A DNA stretch of 63,032 nt, filler included. It is 3 parts of 3 records of this genome, joined end to end, with 100 filler letters (N's around TTAATTAATTAA, not from the genome) between each part and the next. Parts side by side here need not be neighbours in the genome. Positions count along the whole stretch, not along the records: positions 1 to 28,766 come from DRR378314_682; 2 more parts are not named here. The stretch is one strand, 5' to 3'. The notes under the pieces were generated by a model. That model worked only from the letters and a program-made list of their open reading frames with translations. It did no database searches and was not told the origin of the DNA. The translations under genes were made by a program, and so were the position numbers. This document shows positions 12,898-26,139 of the stretch, in pieces; the first letter of the stretch is position 1; every line of letters begins with the position of its first letter.

Positions 12898-14499
12898 ATG
12901 GCTTTACGTACAATTGAAACTTTTCGCTTCGGAGGACGCGACGACGCCGACAGCATTGTAGTGAGCGTCAGCGAGGTGCGTTAGGAGCTGGCGGGAAGCG
13001 CACAAGTTCGTGGTCTGCACAGCTTCGTGCGCTCCCGCGCACTCGTGCGTGTCTAACCCCTGCGAATCACGGTCAACTTGCGATTGTTCCCGACTAGGCA
13101 TGGGCGCATTCTGTTGTACATAGCTGTGCTTGCGACGCCGCGTGAGACGCCCGTATCGCCCAGCGTTGGAATAGAGGACGCGCAGCTTGAACCATTGAAG
13201 CCCTTGCTCGCCTGCGCCTACTCGACTGTCTCGTGCAGGTTGCCGGAGATGGAATGGGACTGCATCTGTGGCCAGCGGGAGTGTTCCTTGCCGACTATCT
13301 CTTCGAGAACCGCAGCTCTCTGCGAGAGAAAGTTATTCTCGAGGTATGACGTGATACGTGCGCGCGGCATCCAAGCGACGGGAGGTGAGAGAATTGGCAA
13401 GGATGAGGCCGAGTTCGAACGGGACTTGGTCTCGTTCGTGCTCCGCCGCACGCTCGCGCGCGAGCGCAGCCTTCCGCGCCTGCCGAGCAAGCCCTCAGAC
13501 CGAGATGCTTTCTTGCGCTGTAATGACCCGCCCTGCAGCTCGGCGCTGGCGTAGGACTTCCCGGAATCGTCGCGGGGAAATGCGGTGCAAAACGAGTCGT
13601 GTTGACTGATTTGGAAAAAGAGGGCATTCTCGCGAACACCAAAGCCTCGGTGGCTGCCAACGGGTTAGCCGATCGCATCGGTGCGTTCTCGGTGTGCTTA
13701 GCGGACGAAAAGGCAGTCGCGCGCACCCCTGTTGTGCACGACGAGGCTTGCAGACACGACATGTAATCGAATATGCTGCACTTGTACGTTTTGTATGCGT
13801 ACAGATGTTCAGCCACTCACGTGGGGCTTGGTAGATGCCTCGTGGTTGCACTTGCCGGAGCCGGATCTCGTCATCGCCGCCGACTGTCTCTACGATGAGC
13901 GAGGTGCGCTGGGCCGCGACAAGTGACGGCTCTCCCGGGTGCACGGGGTGCAGTGGACGCACGTATCGGCATGCTGTATTGATTCATTGTACACATAAGC
14001 ACTGGTGCAGCTACGAGTTGTCATGGTACAGGTTCACAAGCTGCGATTCACCTGGAGAAGCGCTGCTGCTTCGTGCGTGCGATTCGGTGCTTTGCAACGT
14101 GACGACATGCAGAAATGGACAACGTATGCGCTACGCTCGCGTTTTTTCTGCAAGGCTGCGACGGCGCTCGGCGCGATACGCCTCTGTGCATAATTGCAGT
14201 GCACGATCGAAGGTACGAAGTCTTGGATGTCGCGCACACGACGCGCGTGCGCTTGCGTTTCCGCGATGGCCGAGCAGCTGCTGAACAAGACGCTGTCCGA
14301 ACGCCGCTGCCCCGATCCTGTCGCATCCAGCACCCACGATATTGACCTTACCGCGGCGCTCGAGCGATGGCGTCTCGACGCGGAGCTCATGGGCTCAGCG
14401 AAAGCGCCACGAACCGCAGACTGCGCCAACTGGATCGCCAGGCGCTCGCTCGACGCCGACTGCTCAGTCATGCTCTTTGCAGTGACGTCGCTCGCCTAA
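12898..14499 (+). CDS. Class I SAM-dependent protein methyltransferase (Methyltransf_16, METTL23-like), 6 exons
   Basis: GLHLWPAGVFLADYL, VILE|LGAGVGLPGIVA, VVLTD, LTWG, DLVIAADCLYD. GT-AG introns in phase. Confidence 0.85.
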
Positions 14500-14583
14500 T
14501 GCTGCTGCATACACATCCTGCATTTTATTTCAGCGGGAAGTACCGAAGCGACACGTGCAATATACATGTATATATGTACTGCA

Positions 14584-17500
14584 CTAAAGCCCGATTGTGT
14601 ATGCACATCCAGCCATGTTGTACACGGGGGAAACTGCGGGCTGCGAAATCCACCACTCATACCTGCAAGCGAAGCAGAGCCGGGAGGGTTCCGAAGTATC
14701 GGTGAGCGGGAGAGCGCGTGCGGGGAAAGACTGCGCATCCCTAGCACGACGGCGCGCCGATCCACCGCCACAACGCACCATACTTGATCGGCGTGCACGA
14801 CGCGGCGCAGGTGGAACTCGATCGAGGAGCGAGGAGGAACGAGAATGGGGCTCCGCAAGGGGAAGAACAGTGGGAACCAGCTGAACATTCCCTCCGTGTG
14901 CGACGACGGCCGGATCGACAGCGTGGACTCTCCAGCTTTCCCGCGGTAAAGAACCGTCTCGAAATAGCCGCCGAATCCATTCAGCATACTCCAGTGCTCT
15001 CCGGTAACAAATGTCTCCTGGAGCGAGAGCATGTGCCGGCCAGCAACCGCAACAAGTATGAGAAATACCGCCCCCAGTCCTTCAAACACGCGCTTCAGCA
15101 CCGAAACGCAGCACGGCCTGAAGCACTTCCTGCACACAAACCGGCATTGTTACAGTAAGAGCGATGGTGTCGGCCGTGGCTGGGGCGCAGATACGAGAGC
15201 CGTTGGCTCGCAGCATGTTTGCGGTACCTCGGCCCTTTGCTGTGGCGCTTACACCAGCGGCGAGCGGCGACGGACGCGCGCACGGGGAGGCACTTGAGCA
15301 CAAGCGTGCGGTTGACTCGCAAATTCATTTCGCGGTACGAGTGAGCCACACGCTATACCTGTCCTTTTTGCATTTCTTTGTATCGAGGGAAATAGTTCTA
15401 TTCCTCCCGTACACCAAACAAACTGCATATACGCGTGCGCAGAGCAGCTGGCAAGAAAAAAATATGTACGAGAGGAGAAGCGGAATCCTGCCGGGGAGTG
15501 ATTGGCCTGAGCAGCACAAACATGGAAATGAAGGAAAGCGTGACATCAAACGCGCACCTTCACATATCGGCTGTTGTCGCCCACTGCGACGTCTCTCGGG
15601 TGATTAAAAGTGAAAAAGGCTTTCGCATCGGCGAGACGAGCGTGAGCGTGTAGCAGCGCGACATATGGTGATTCGAACGCGACATCGCCGCCAAGGTGCG
15701 CAATCGACCTCCACAACTGAATTAATTGGGAGCAAAACAATGAGAGTAAGGAGAATAAAAAAAACAAGGATATGAGATCACGCTCAGAAAAATGTTGTAG
15801 AAAGGAATAAAATAAAACCTTCTTTTCGCAAGAAGAACGGGTCCGTGGACGCGCGACGCGTGCATATTTGGGCCATTCTGCTCCCTACAGGAACGCAGAC
15901 GTGTCGGCAACGCAGCGCGGAGCGCACAATACCGGACTGCATATACCTCATCGATGCGCCTGGAAGTGTCCATCCTACAGGCAAGCCGGGTGGCACCTCG
16001 TTTCAGCGTATCATCCACTGCAAGTCTTTCGAGTGCATTCCGCAGTACAGCTGCCGTACACAACCTTCGTACCTTTACCGCAGATACTGGAGCTGCAAAG
16101 CTCGTGTACTCTGCCGGAATGCTGATTCCCGAATCTTTTAGGTACTAAAGGCCCAGTAGAAACGTAACACCAAATGTACGAAGCACAACGTTATCAACGC
16201 GCCACGTGGAATACTCCATACGATAGTCCACGATAGTACGGATCCATTCCCCGATATTCCACGCCTATGACCTCACATTGTGCACGAGATCGAAACCGAG
16301 TGGGAAACGTACTGTGTTCTGCGCTCCGTCAATACATTCCGGAGAGAGCTCGTTGTCGCCAAAGGACCCGAGAAGCTCCGAAACAAGAATATCCGCCTTT
16401 CCACAACCATGAAACAAGTTCATAACACCGCAAATCCGAACACAGAAATCGGTTCATGACTGGGAGTAAACGCAAAAGCTTTGGTGAGCCACTTGTGATG
16501 ACAAGACAGCGAAATCTGCAAGATTGATTCTTGCAGTACAGAGCTATCGCAACGGCGAAGCTGAAGGAATCACGAGAAGACAGATGATATTGAACAATAC
16601 TCGTGCAATCACTGCTCAGCAAAAAACGCGAGTGTGTTTGTTGTCCCGCGCAAATAAAATACACAAATCTGACTTTACGATGTGAACATCCGAGAGCCGA
16701 TATCAAGGAGACCCTGATCTTTCGCGCACTTGAGCGTCCCACGCGTGATATCTATCCCCGGAAAACGTCTCTTCCTTACGACAAGAGATATTTCGGAAAG
16801 TTACCTCCTATCTTACCTTGTCCACTTGTTTCGCCGAACGCATATCTGCTCGAATAACCGTCACGCGATTCTCCCACAGGCTATTCGTCTCCGCGAGGCT
16901 TCGCAGCGTCACGACCGCGTTGGGGTTCTTTTCCACAGCAAGTACACGCACCGGAACATTTTCGCTGCACATGCGTTTTACATCACGTGAACATGGAAAA
17001 ATTCGGAAAGAATACACCATGTCACTTCGGTAAATAATTTCTACTGTATCACCCAGGATCGCAGGCGGTGGGGGGAACGAACGGCAAGTCTCACTCGAGA
17101 ACACCCGACACTCTCATTTCCCTTCTACGGAACGGCAAAGGAAAGAAGAAGAATCGCCTACGAAATCTGTTGGACAGCCATTAAGATCGGCAGACGCCGT
17201 ATGCTCCTCGAAAATAGTAGACCGGGCAATCATTATGGTATAGGAAAAGGGGAGAAGTTTGGTAGAGCTAAAATTGTACTGCAAGCCACGGAAGACGAGG
17301 GACCGCTGCACCGCTCGACGAGCTACCATCCGAGGCGAACACGCCACAGATGCGTTCAAACCGCAACGGAACGTCAGTGGCACGAAGCAGCGCTCTCTCA
17401 CAATGGTACACGGGACTGCAGAGCTTTCTCGGTGAATTGTGCCCCGCCTGCTGGAACACTCTGTATACACCATCGCAGTTCGTGAGCCGCGACCAAGCGC

Positions 17501-20320
17501 CTCGCACCTGTCCGCAGCGCGCAGCGACGCGGTCACGAGCGGTCCGCGTCCTGCCCCGCACACGGTGATCGCAACGGGCTCTGCAGATGGGCACAAGCAA
17601 CGGACAACACCAACACACGGTGAGAAGGCAAGAAGAAGAAATAAGACTCACTTCTCTTGTGTCAAAGGGAAACACTAGCTCTCGCCTTGTACAGGGGATT
17701 CAAACACGCTGCGCCCGACGACACTGCGCATGTGCGTACGCGCGCGATCCGCCCTAGCAAGCGCAAGCTGCAGTGGCCACGCATGATCCAGCGCGGAACG
17801 AGCTCGAGTCCTCTGCGAGTACAGCATGTTCAGCCTTCAGCGCTACCGTGACAGCGCCTGCCAAACACCAAATTTGGCATCAGCCTGCAGCGCTGCGTTC
17901 AACGCGCAGCAGCGGTCGGTCCCACCCACCCCCCTCGCCGCCGCCGCCGTACGGTGCTACTGTGGATCGAGCGAGCCGCAGATCGCCGTACCCTTGACGT
18001 CCGAGAATCGATCGCGTAGCGCCAGGGCTACCGCCTCTTGATACGCGTTGTACTTCGCTGCATCCTAATATGGTAAAGCCCACCACATTTCGAGAGAAAG
18101 AACAAACAGGGCTGTGATAAGAAATACACAAGCTACGTTGCCTTTCCGCCAGTAGGAACGTTGATTCCCAAAGCGATTTGCGCTCCCCGAGGTCGCAAAC
18201 AAAGCGCACAGTCGATGCAATTTCTTAGCTGGATTTCAAGGTCTCTTCGTTTTAAAAACACATGCGTGATTCTCTTTCCACATCCCACACGTACCGTTTC
18301 GAATACCTCGTACGTGCTCGAGCGTAGATTGTCCCGGAGCGGCTGGAGGGGACTCTGCGGGAGATCCCGGTACTTTCGCAGCGACTCGCCAGCGGACCGG
18401 TTCTCGCGCCCTCGCTTCGCAATGTACCGAATATACTGCGCGTACGCAAGCATACCGCATCCTAGCATATCTTCGCCTGCCCAAGCACGGCCGTCCGCCC
18501 ACCAAATTAAATATATATAGATCGTACAGAAGACACAACGTGAGAAGACGAGTTGCTAATCAAACAAGCTCACCTGGAGCGGCGAGATCGCGCGTCCAAC
18601 CACTTTCCCCCGCTAGGAGGAGCCCAAGACGAGGTTCCTCTCTCGCCTATAGCATTGTACAAGACAATACGCAGGGAACGCGAAATTTGCGTACCGCGCA
18701 CGATAAATTGTACTTCATCCAGGTCTGCCATAGTCTCGATGATGATTTGGTGAGGTGGTGAGAGCGCTGGATCGCCACTGGCGTTTGCTGCAAACAGGGA
18801 AGTCGGGACGATGATCGCGCGGACACACTCGGCGACCCACAGCGACACTTCTTCGACCGGCGGCACGACCGACGCAAGCTCCAAGGCGGCAAAGAACCTT
18901 ACCGCATCGCCCGCGGCCAATTGCTGTGCACGAAGGTATGTAAGCCGTGCGTCCTCGCAAGAAGCGTCGAGAACGCATCGCACCCAGACCTAGTGGAGAG
19001 GGAGGGTTGAAGGAAAAGCAGCGCGTCCGCAACAACGAGCGTCAGGGCAGCGCGGAGAAGCACGACGGAAGGGCGGCGCGAAGACCGCGCGACAGAGCGG
19101 GCCGGGCCGGGCAGAGCAAATACACAAACCCACAAAGACCTACACAAATGTACTCCTTTTCGAGCTGTATCGTTCACATTGACGTACCGAAGGTGCGTTC
19201 TGCTGGGCCCGCAACTCGCCAACCAGCGTCGCAACGGTGGAGCCGCACGACGACGGCAGCTCGGGGAGGAGGACCGCAGGCACCGCAACGTGGCTCGCCC
19301 ACGACAACTCTGCGCGAGCGACATTGCACGTGCATAGAGGAGTTAGAGCACACCCGCCTCGGAAATCACTGGCCTTTTTCATTGTATACCTATAATTCAA
19401 TTTCGTGTTTTTCGATTTTTTTTGAGCAAGGCGAACGTTGGCCGCGGACAGCGGGCGTAGCGCATACCTTCGCGAAGGAGCTTGTGGCTGGCCGAGCGCA
19501 CCGCGGGGTCGCCGTGGTCGCAGGCAATATCTGCCGAAATCATACCAACCACTTGCCGTGACCATTGCTCTGCACATCGCAACATGCGCATTGCAATCTC
19601 AGCAACCCTCTTAGCATAGGAAAGCCATGCAATCCACGCCAAAGCGACAAAAGCGTCCTGCGGCATCGCCACAGAGGGGATGCGAAGCACCTGCAACATA
19701 CCTCCTGTCAGTGGTAGGTCAGACCGTGTGCACGGCTCGGCTTCCGCAGGCTTCTTCCGACGCTCGAGCGCATTCTCTCCATTCTTAGAAGACGAATCTA
19801 CGATGGGGATCAAAATATAATCAAATCCTACAGGTATAAAAACATCAAGTACGAGTTCGCGTGCAGCGCAAACACCAGGGCAAAGGAAGGGAAGCAGTAG
19901 CGCAAAACATCGTGAGAAAAAGCGCAAGTGAGGCTGCGAATCAAACCACCTGATTCGCAACGGCAACCGCTGAAAGCAGTAGAGTCGCGCGCAAGACAGA
20001 GAGCGGACAGTACCCAGCATCTACCAAACAAAATCACCAATCTAAACTTCCTAACGAGGCGCAACCTTGCAGAAAGCCATCTACGCGGAACAGGGCGGCG
20101 CGCGTGCTTCGCGTGCGACACCTGCGGTTCGTCAGCACAGAACGGACGAGGCACGCAAGTACTCGCGACACAACCACCGCTACCCGACGCAGCAAGCGGA
20201 CCAGCGGTACTCCCGTAGCATACCGCTTTGTTCTGCTCCCGAGAGACTCTTTTTTGGATCGGTACAGGTGTCAAGAATCTGTCCCAGTACCGGACTATAC
20301 AATGCGGAGGCGTCCGTCAT
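14584..20320 (-). CDS. PRMT5: Protein arginine N-methyltransferase 5, multi-exon
   Basis: [87 protein letters not shown]-terminus YEW..YTIGL*. Confidence 0.95.
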
Positions 20321-20595
20321 GACAGCAGCGCGACGGCGTCGACGGAGGTCGCGCTTCGCGCCAGGGCGAGCGCGTGCGCGCCGAAGAGCGTGAGCGGGAA
20401 AGTTCGCATATCCATGGCCCTATTTCCCAAACAGGAGTTGCACGCGCGGGCCGCTGTCGCTCCCGCCGCGCACTCGGCCGTGGGCTCTCCCCTTCCGTAG
20501 CGGAGTTTGACTACCCGCAGCGCGCTGCTCTATAGTAAAATTTCCGTTTATTGCTTTTTTCCTGTGAATGTTGCTGTTTGTTTGAAGGCGCTATA

Positions 20596-23055
20596 ATGAC
20601 AAAGCAAAAGGTACCAGAACGAAGATCTTCCCGTAGAATTGATCGGCGAAATGAGGAAGCTTCTGCGTCGACGGCTGCGCTGCCCAAGACTGTCGCCAGC
20701 GACTCGCCAGCGCACTCGGTGCGAGCTTCTGCAAGCAAGCCGAAGCGCCCGCGGACGACAACTGACCAATTGCTAGTCCACGTACTACGCCCAAATTCTG
20801 ATCATCCTGAAAAGGTTGAATTGCGAATCGGGGAGAGCGCTGTAGCCGGAGGAGTCGCGCTTGCGCGCTTGCCGGGCCCTTGCACGGTACGTTGACGCGC
20901 TGCCCGCTGCGCGCCTCGCTGATGTTCCTCTCATCCGGAGTGCTCTTGCGGGCACGCATGCAGCACTTCCGCCCCTACGGTTTCTCGCAATACCTTTACC
21001 GAACCGATAATTTCGCAATCACGTTGTTCTAACAAGACGTATGTGCGATTTGATGGGTGCAGAAAATTTCGTGTCTTTCCGAGGAAGCCGTGCTGGTTGT
21101 CGAGGTACGCCAAAGGAGCAGGGAATTTCCCTTCCCTTTGCATGTGCGACGCCTCGAGGTTACAGATCTGCTTTGTCTGTTGCTTCCCTGTCGCCCTCGG
21201 TGACGAGACGATGCGCGAATATCGCGCCATGAGCGCTATTCTGGAATGATTCGTTTACATAAAAGGCGGTAAAGGAGCGACGAAGCATCTTCCTTGTGGC
21301 GGTGTGCAGTTTGCAACGCGGTATCGCTGTGGCGTACGGCCCCACCGACACGTGTCTCTGTGCGCAGCGCTACGTCTGCAGCTCGTATGCAGCGGCTCCG
21401 CCGTTCTGCGATTGCCGATTGACTGTATCCGCGCGCAAAACTGCGAATTCCTTTCTTTCCCCTTTTTGCTCCTCAGAGTGGGGATCCGGCTCGGCCGCAC
21501 ACGGCGATGGGCACGCAGCTCCTCCCGCCGGAAGACCGTCCGCGCAGTCAGGTCACGCTGTGGCGCGTGAAAGACGCGGCGGCGCTCATCTGCTACGGGC
21601 AGCTGGCGCGGCCTAGCGACGAGGCGCTTTCTTCCCTGCGCTTTGGAGGTGCAAGGAGCGGACCAGACGGACCCAATGGTTACCGCTTTGTCATCTGCTC
21701 GACTTTGTCGGAGGCGTGCATTACTCGCGTTGACGTGTTCCGCGACTTGCACAGCCCGCCGAAGCGCTCCGATAACCACAGGATCGGGTTGGTGGTTGCG
21801 ACAGTGCGCGCAACGGCGACGTATGGCGGCTTCACTTCTGCAGATATGGACGAATCGCTGGTCGCGCTAGGCACAGAGAGCGGATGCGTGCAGCTGTTTC
21901 ACCTGGTAACTGTTGCAAATGGCGGCAGCGATATTCCCAAGGACTACAAGCTGGTGCCTTTGCGCACGCTGCACGGCCCTTCCGAGGCCCGCTCCACGTA
22001 CCCGGCGCTCGCCTGCGCGACGCGCCAGCTTGGGCGCGGTGCACGCGTTCCGTATGGTGCCGTTGCCGTGCCGCTAACCCAAGGCGTTGTGAAGCTGCAA
22101 GATACCAGAGAGGAAGACTGTGATATGGACATCTCAGCTTCACGATGGCGCAGTGAATTCATCGCGCTTGAGATCTCTGCGTCAGGAGTCGAAGTTGCCT
22201 TCCTGTGCACGACGGGTCGCATCGGCGTGGTGGAGCGGAGAGACCCGGCTCGCCACGCAGTATCCACGGGCGCCCAGGCATTCGCGGGCGGCCTGTTGTG
22301 CACAGCTGGTGCAGTGGGATTTGTTCGGAATAACAAAAATGTGCACATAGAAGCTGTGTTTGCTTCCAATCTTGGAGATATTGGGAGGTCCAAATTCGGG
22401 CTGCACAGGAAATCGCTCAAGGTGCGTTCGGCGTCCGAGAAGCGCATGGAGCGAGCCGTACGCGATGCGTTTCGTTCACATGCGCGCGAGGAGCGGCACA
22501 TATTCGATTTCGCGCTCCTGACTGACGGCAAGAGGTGGTCCTCGCGTGTCAAACGTTATGTCTGTATTTACCCTGTACATGTGCGGCGTTGATAAAAGAG
22601 GGAGGAATCCGTTGTTCTTCCCATCGCAACCTGTTACCACGCCGCGAACGGTGACCTACGGATCAGCCTGCAGGAGAATAAGGGCGTGTACGAGGCCCCA
22701 ACGGCGACTGATCTGCAAGAGAGCTGCTGGGTACGCGACGGACGCGCGGTGGAGATGCGCCCACCTAGCCAGCTCGCACGCACGTCGATGAGATTCCGAT
22801 GCTTGTGAGCGCATTGCGTCGATAGTTTCGTCTTGTTCTGCGACGGAACACGCGCGCACCGAACTAAGCCTTCTCCCGCAACTACCTTGTGGTGGTGGAT
22901 TTCTTGCACGTGCACGCCAGATCGGAGCGTTGGACTACTGGAAGGACGATCCGAGCAAAGGCGTGGTAATTGGAACCAGTGCTGGCGTGTTTGGCATTCT
23001 GCCATTGGACGACGCGTCGAGAGGGGAAGACCCATCTCCCAGACCCCAAGAATAG
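20596..23055 (+). CDS. Hypothetical multi-exon protein, probable WD40/beta-propeller with a basic N-terminus
   Basis: Basic N-terminus MTKQKVPERRSSRR..KPKRPR; beta-strand-like repeats SQVTLWRV and LVALGTESGCVQLFHL; last exon GVVIGTSAGVFGILPL..*. Internal exon boundaries uncertain. Confidence 0.5.
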
Positions 23056-23358
23056 TACGTGCGCCGCAGTGGATGCGTCCGCCAACAGCAGCTGTCGTGG
23101 AGAATGGTCCGCGTTCCATGCCACCGCGTCTCCTCACCGCAGCGATCCGGCGGTGCTTCCAGCGGGCACAAACACAGCAACAGCATCGCATCATTCATGT
23201 ACCCGAGAAAATACACGATACAACAATACACATCTACAATATAGCACGCGAAAACTGTTGGCATCATTTTTAAGTTGAAAAGAAGTCCAAGAAATGTTCC
23301 GCTCACGCAGGGAAAGTTCGAGCAATCGTAGCAGCCATGTCGCAAAGGTGAATGGGGA

Positions 23359-25674
23359 TTACGACGTCTCGAGCATCGATTGATACTTTGCCAGTAATTC
23401 CTGCGGTTGCAGCCGAGTGTAGCAAAACATGCGCCACAGAGTGGCGGATATCAGTCAGAATTCAACTACTGTCGACGGATAGCCGACGCGAAATTCCGCG
23501 ACAGTACAACATCCTGAGAAGGCGGCGCTGTATCAGGGATTTTGCATGCGCGTATACGCGCATAAAGAGGGGGAGGGCGAATCGAGATTGACAGGGAGGA
23601 GACAGCGTGCAACAGAGATGCGCTCGCGCCGCTTGGCAGCTCGCCCTACGCTTAGAAATATGCGCATGCGCACTCTTCTCTAACCGTACTTTTTTCTTCT
23701 TTTCCACGAGTTTCGCCTCGATATCCTTTTGACTCGGCAGCGGAACATGGGCGCGAAAATCGAGCGAGAGCCAGCCGAGCTCGTCTGCCTCGTGCTTGAT
23801 GCCGTGTCCGCGCAGCCGCTCCTCCTCTTCCCACTCCTCGACCATTGCGAGCCGCGCTGCACGTCGGCCCGCGGAGCACCACAGTAAGACGTTCCCTTAG
23901 TAAGTGGCTTTCAGAATCTACATGCCATGACCAGCTAGATACGCACGTCTGCGCCGGGAGCGCCTGCCACAAAGCTACGTCGGCCACGCGAAATACTGCG
24001 CCGCTGCATCCGGTGCACGAGGCTGCACAGCGCGCGTGCGCGTTTTCTCGCACCAACCACTTCCCCCCGGTGCAAAAGCCTTCCCCATCGCTCCGAGCTT
24101 CCTCAATGCGGCTAGAAGACACTAAGAAATACCTTTTTTAGCAGCGCCAAGCCTCACGCATACCTTTCTTTTCCGCTTGCGCTTCCTCCTCGACGAGGTC
24201 GCGCTCCTCGTCGTCATCGCCGAAGCCGTAATAGGAGCAGTCTATGTTGCGGTAGAGCTCAAATCGCTTTTTGGCCATTTTTCGAGGAGCTACAATGACG
24301 GCGGCAAACACACAAGACAAGAAAAATCAAGATAAGCTGCTAGAAGCAACGCGCAAATGTAACGACGCGCCGCAATGTACAAATACAGTCCGGAAATCCA
24401 ACATGAATAGAAAGCGGTGCGAGAACGGTCACAGCCGCTCTGCAAGCAGCAGACGTACGTTCTTTGTGAAATAATTCCTTGACTCCAGGTAAATTCCGCG
24501 CGGCTCCAAAGTATCTACACAAGACCGCATGACAGTCATTTTTGCACATATCAGTTTGTCATGATCCGAGGGAAAGCAGCTGCTGTGGAACGACGCGGCG
24601 ATCGCGGCAGTCTCACGTCTGCGCCGCGGCGCAGCCGCGTCTCGGAAGAGGACACGAAACGACAACGACGTACTTGTAGCCTTTCGTCCCGAGTACTTCG
24701 CTCCCATCCGCATCCGTTATGCGCGGTGCGCTTTTCTGTGCCGTCCCCGTCAACGAAGTACACGCACAAACACATATCAACGTATCCGATATCACCGTGC
24801 CGTTAGTGAGCGTGCGGCTCCTCGCGAAGAAAGGCGTTCACAGCAGCGCACGTGCAGAAAACCGTCGGCCGAGGCGGCCACACTGCGCGCACCTTGTGAT
24901 CGATTCCGCCAAGCTCCAGAATACGGTCTTCCCAATGGCCTTTTTCTCGCAGCAGCTTGTTGATTTCATCGTTCAGATCGCGAATTTTATTTTCTGGAAG
25001 AGAATCTGTCGCGAAACCGTGATTCACCGGCAGAGATACGAAAGGGAAGGGAGTTGAGAACAATGCAAGACCGACGGAACCGCGCGTGCGGTGGCCGACG
25101 GCGACGAGCAGCGCGTGTTCCTGCAGCTCGCACGACGCCAGCGGACCAAGGAGTGCGTAGTCGCGCTCGAGGATGGCTGCCAATAGGAGCACAGAGCATT
25201 CCGTTTCTCCTGTATAGATCATATGTGAAGTATCACAAGATATATATGATAGCTCACGGAAGCGTTTTGCGCAGGTGGCGCCGCGTGTACCCACAGCAAC
25301 GGCCAGCACAGTCGAGGCAAACTGAACAGTGCTCGCATACGGCACCGCAGCCGCGTGCCAGGCACGTGCCCAGCGCGCCGCGCCACCTCTTGCGCGAACG
25401 CTCGCCGCGCAAGACAATCCATCCTCCGCCCACGGCCCAAGCCGATTCCACAATCAACATAGGAGGCAGAAGCACGGTGCGTACCATTTTGAATCTCTGT
25501 AACCTTCCGGGATATCTCCCTCAGGATTTGCTGGCGCCACTGCTCCGCCTCGACAAGATTCGTGCACTGGCTGGCAAGGAACGGACGCGTCTTCTTCGGC
25601 TGCCTCGACTCTTGCTCCTTGAGCGTGAGGAAGCGGTTGAGCATAGAATGCGCCTTCTCTTCGTTGCGCGCCAT
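23359..25674 (-). CDS. ISY1: Pre-mRNA splicing factor ISY1, 7 exons
   Basis: [88 protein letters not shown]. Confidence 0.95.
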
Positions 25675-26139
25675 GGTTGCAAACTTCTTTTCTTGTGTTT
25701 CCCGTCTCGTGGAGATAAAGGAGAGCACAAAGACAAAGGAGGAAGCGGCCGGCAGGGAACGCTGTGCTAGGCGCGGAACGGGGAGCTCGCCGCGCGACGA
25801 CGAGCAGCAACAGAGCCGGGAAAGCGGCGACCCCCTTGGCGAACAGCGTGCGCCAGCTTCGCCGCCTTGGTGCGCTGGAAGACAGAGCGGCGATGGCGGG
25901 CGCGAGGGGGTGATACTTTCCACCCTCGTTCCCAAACCATCTCAAGTGCAGACCCGAGTGCTGACAGTGTGGCTGTGGATGAGAGGATCGCAATACGTCA
26001 ACCTACTATCTGAACCTCATTCCTGGCTGCCCCAGCGCGCGTAGCAGGCGCTGGAGAGCAACGCGGCGCTACCAACGCTTGCGTTGCTGCTACGTAGCCC
26101 TCAACTCCTTAACGCGTCAGCCGCGCGAGACCCATTCTA

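Noticed and set aside
15022-16810. Intronic snoRNA or extra exon in the longer PRMT5 introns
   Set aside because: I found no convincing C/D or H/ACA box arrangement, and the PRMT5 exons join in frame without extra sequence.
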